From positions 346-64,345 of the forward strand of contig JASJBI010000061.1 in the NCBI GenBank assembly GCA_030066595.1: a stretch of 64,000 nt of DNA. The letters run 5' to 3'. Under the pieces are notes generated by a model. It made no database searches. It was not told the DNA's origin and saw only the letters and a list, made by a program, of their open reading frames with translations. Position numbers and translations under genes: made by a program. Of this stretch, positions 61,221 through 64,000 are shown in pieces. Position 1 is the stretch's first letter. Each line of letters opens with the position of its first letter. The DNA comes from Alphaproteobacteria bacterium. GTDB lineage: Bacteria > Pseudomonadota > Alphaproteobacteria > JAJFFI01.

Positions 61221-62195
61221 TTAAATTTCTTCTAAACAACCGATTAATGCTTTGATATCCATCGGTATCGGCGACTGAAACCTTAACGATTTACGCGAAA
61301 TTGGGTGGTCAAACCCAATCAAATGGGCGTGAAGCGCCTGCCGGCCCAGCCGCCGGGCCGCATCTTCAGCCGCTTCGCCCGCGCCGCGCCGCCGCCGCCC
61401 GTAGACCGGATCGCCGATCACCGGGTGGCCGATATGGGCCAGATGCACCCGGATCTGGTGCGTCCGGCCGGTCTCGAGCCGGCATTCCAGGCGGCTCGCC
61501 AGCGGCGCCTCGGACGGGCCGTAGCGCCGGGTGACGCGGTATCGAGTCACCGCAGGTTTGCCGCCCCGGGCGAGCACCGCCATTTTCTTACGGTTCCGCG
61601 GGTTGCGCCCGATATTGCCGCGAATCTCGCCCGCGGCGGGCGCGGGCACGCCCCAGACGACAGCCGTATAGGCCCGGGCGATGCTGCGCGCCTGGAACTG
61701 GGCGACCAGCCCCGAATGGGCGGCATCCGTCTTGGCCACGACCATGAGCCCGCTGGTGTCCTTGTCCAGCCGGTGCACGATGCCGGGCCGCCGAACGCCG
61801 CCGACCCCGACCAGGCTGTCGCCGCAATGGGCGATCAAGGCGTTGACCAGTGTCCGGTCCGGGTTTCCGGGTGCCGGATGCACCACCAGCCCGGCTGGCT
61901 TGTCGATCACGATCAGGTCCGGGTCCTCGTAGACGACGGAAAGAGGAATATCCTCTCCCCTGGGAATCGCGGGCGCAGCCTCGGGGACAATGATGGCGAA
62001 AGTTTGGTCCGGTTTGACCCGGTAGGAGGGCTCCGATATCGTCTCGCCGGCGGTCGCGACGCGGCCGTCCTGGATCAGCGCCTTGAGCCGCGACCGGGAC
62101 AGCGCGGGGCAGTGGGCGGCGAGAACCGCATCCAGCCGGCCGCCGGCGTCGCCGGCCGCGGTGGTCACCCGGATCTGACGTTCTCCATCGGACAT
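61221..62195 (-). CDS. rluD: RluA family pseudouridine synthase (RluD-like)
   Basis: S4 domain RLDAVLA; DKPAGLVVHP, HRLDKDTSG, TGRTHQIRVH and QALHA motifs. Confidence 0.93.
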   Translation of the reverse strand: MSDGERQIRVTTAAGDAGGRLDAVLAAHCPALSRSRLKALIQDGRVATAGETISEPSYRVKPDQTFAIIVPEAAPAIPRGEDIPLSVVYEDPDLIVIDKPAGLVVHPAPGNPDRTLVNALIAHCGDSLVGVGGVRRPGIVHRLDKDTSGLMVVAKTDAAHSGLVAQFQARSIARAYTAVVWGVPAPAAGEIRGNIGRNPRNRKKMAVLARGGKPAVTRYRVTRRYGPSEAPLASRLECRLETGRTHQIRVHLAHIGHPVIGDPVYGRRRRGAGEAAEDAARRLGRQALHAHLIGFDHPISRKSLRFQSPIPMDIKALIGCLEEI

Positions 62196-62214
62196 GCCGC
62201 CAGACTGACCCCAA

Positions 62215-62514
62215 ATGCAGCAAGCGCTCAAGTTTCTCGTCATCTTCATGGGGATCCTGATCCTGGCCGGGCTGGCGGTGATCGCCATCGAGCTGGGCAG
62301 CCGGTTCTCGGGCCGGGGCGGAGACGCCGGCAAGGGCGGCTTCGGCACGGTGGAGCTGGGCCTGCCGGCGGGAACCTCGGTGACCGCCGTTGACGGGACC
62401 GTGGATCGCCTGTTCGTCACCACCCGCCTGCCCGACGGCCGCGAGCAGATCCTCATTCTCGACCTGGAGAGCGGCGCGGTGGTCGGCCGGGTCAACGTGA
62501 CGGCGGCCCCGTGA
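62215..62514 (+). CDS. Small membrane-anchored hypothetical protein (possibly DUF6476-like)
   Basis: N-terminal TM ALKFLVIFMGILILAGLAVIAI, then a beta-rich domain; divergent from rluD. Confidence 0.7.
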   Translation: MQQALKFLVIFMGILILAGLAVIAIELGSRFSGRGGDAGKGGFGTVELGLPAGTSVTAVDGTVDRLFVTTRLPDGREQILILDLESGAVVGRVNVTAAP

Positions 62515-62963
62515 CCCAAGCGAGCGTGCGCCTGCCCCGCGCCTGCCTGCGCCGGATCGAGGAGGCCGCGCGGGCGGCCTGGCCCGAGGAGTGCTGCGGC
62601 CTTCTGGCCGGCCGGCGCGGCCCGGACGCTTCGATCGAGATCCTGCGGGCCGTGCCGGCGCCGAACATCGCCGCCGAGCGCGCCCGCCGCTTTGAGATCG
62701 ATCCCCAGCTCTGGCTCGACCTGCGCCGCCAGCTGGCCGGCGGGCCGGATGCCATTCTTGGGCTCTACCACTCCCACCCGGACGGCGCGGCGCTCCCTTC
62801 GCCGCGGGACGCGGCCGCGGCCTGGCCCTTGGGCCCGGCGGACGGGCCCGTGGTCTGGCTGATCACCGCCATGCGCGCCGGCGCCGTGACGGAAACCCGC
62901 GCCCATGCCTTCCTGGGCGCGGATCGGGGCTTCCAAGAGATCTCTTTGGTTTCTGTCGATTAA
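62511..62963 (+). CDS. JAB/MPN (M67) metallopeptidase
   Basis: PEECCG and JAMM motif HSHPDGAALPSPRD (HxHx7Sx2D). Confidence 0.9.
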   Translation: MTQASVRLPRACLRRIEEAARAAWPEECCGLLAGRRGPDASIEILRAVPAPNIAAERARRFEIDPQLWLDLRRQLAGGPDAILGLYHSHPDGAALPSPRDAAAAWPLGPADGPVVWLITAMRAGAVTETRAHAFLGADRGFQEISLVSVD

Positions 62964-63003
62964 GGGGCGGCGGAGAGCGCCTCCGGAGGCTATGATCCCG
63001 CCC

Positions 63004-64000
63004 ATGAACTTCGCCAGCGACAACACGACCATCGTCGCGCCCGAGATCCTGGCCGCGATCGAGCGGGCCAACCAGGGCCAGGCCATGCCTTACGGCAACG
63101 ACGAGATCACCGCGCGGCTGGCCGACCGTTTCGCCGAGGTGTTCGAGACCGAGGTCGCGGTCTTCCCGGTGGCCATGGGCTCGGCAGCGAACTCCTTGGG
63201 CCTCGCCACCATGACGCCGCCCTGGGGCGCGATCTACTGTCACGAGGAGTCGCATATCAACATGGACGAGTGCGGCGCGCCCGAATTCTATACCGGCGGC
63301 GCCAAGCTGGTCGCCATGGCGGGCGCCGAGGGCAAGCTCCAGGCCGCGGATCTGGCCGAGCGGCTGGGCCGCGCCGGCACCGGCGTCGTGCATCACGTGC
63401 AGCCCGCGGCGGTGAGCCTGACACAGTCGACCGAGGCCGGCACCGTCTACACCCCGGACGAGATCGGCGCCATCGCCGCGCTCTGCCGTGCCCACACGCT
63501 CGGCCTGCAGATGGACGGGGCGCGCTTCGCCAATGCCGTTGCCGCGCTCGATTGCGCGCCGGCCGACATCACCTGGCGGGCGGGCGTGGACGTGCTCGCC
63601 TTCGGCGCCACCAAGAACGGCGCCATGGCGGCCGAAGCGGTCGTGTTCTTCCGCAAGGACCTGGCCGCGGACTTCGAATTCCGGCGCAAGCGGGCCGGGC
63701 ACCTGTTCTCCAAGATGCGCTTTGTCTCGGCTCAGCTTGAGGCCTATCTTGCGGACGGCCTCTGGCTCAAGAACGCGGCCCACGCCAACGCCATGGCCCG
63801 TCGGCTCGCGGACGGGCTCGGCGCCGTGGAGGGCGCGCGGCTCCTGCATCCGGTGGAGGCCAACGAGATCTTCGTCGCCCTGCCCGAGCCGGTGATCCGC
63901 GGGCTCGAAGGGGACGGCTTCCTCTTCTACCGCTGGGAGGGCGAGGGCTCGACCACGCTTCGCCTGGTCACCGCCTTCAGCAGCCGCCAAGAGGACGTCG
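63004..64000 (+). CDS. ltaE: Low-specificity L-threonine aldolase; runs off the right edge
   Basis: Absent from the ORF track. Manual translation gives MNFASDN, YGND, DECGAPEF, MDGARFANA, FGATKNG and RKRAGHLFSKMR. Confidence 0.93.
   Translation, partial: MNFASDNTTIVAPEILAAIERANQGQAMPYGNDEITARLADRFAEVFETEVAVFPVAMGSAANSLGLATMTPPWGAIYCHEESHINMDECGAPEFYTGGAKLVAMAGAEGKLQAADLAERLGRAGTGVVHHVQPAAVSLTQSTEAGTVYTPDEIGAIAALCRAHTLGLQMDGARFANAVAALDCAPADITWRAGVDVLAFGATKNGAMAAEAVVFFRKDLAADFEFRRKRAGHLFSKMRFVSAQLEAYLADGLWLKNAAHANAMARRLADGLGAVEGARLLHPVEANEIFVALPEPVIRGLEGDGFLFYRWEGEGSTTLRLVTAFSSRQEDV

Noticed and set aside
61221..63086. Apparent 621-aa extended RluD
   Set aside because: The N-terminal half is antisense to two real genes; the S4 domain begins just after ATG 62195.

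Overview
This is a high-GC alphaproteobacterial chromosome segment (Rhodospirillales-like gene order; taxonomy inferred). I found no rRNA, tRNA, CRISPR array, integrase or transposase. The left part is core genome: a chemoreceptor running off the edge, then yebC-ruvCAB-ybgC-tolQRAB-pal-cpoB-tilS-ftsH-folP-glmM-thiD. The middle holds amino-acid and stress modules: a MocR-controlled DUF1127-PhzF-EamA-dehydratase-AlaX operon, a patchwork accessory stretch at about 26.3-35.6 kb, and two GcvA-type LysR regulators each facing a small ORF. The right part has serC-serA, an ACT protein, hisZ-purA, an insertion hotspot after purA, a type III PKS plus methyltransferase, rpoH-rluD, a JAB protease and a threonine aldolase running off the edge. 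The strongest unexplained signals are: (1) a DCC thioredoxin-like/COQ7-like di-iron fusion and folE-MAPEG, transcribed back-to-back from two sigmaE(ECF11)-like promoters, a candidate photo-oxidative stress module; (2) two nested, diverged direct repeats (purA 3' end; kef 5' end plus upstream DNA) flanking cargo genes with no recombinase; (3) a structured, Ile/Leu/Val-rich leader in front of a stand-alone ACT protein upstream of hisZ-purA; (4) GcvA-divergent small genes sharing an 18-bp promoter motif, one with a candidate 3'UTR-derived sRNA; (5) a REP-like element nested in another copy of itself. All family calls come from motif recognition by eye; no searches were run.
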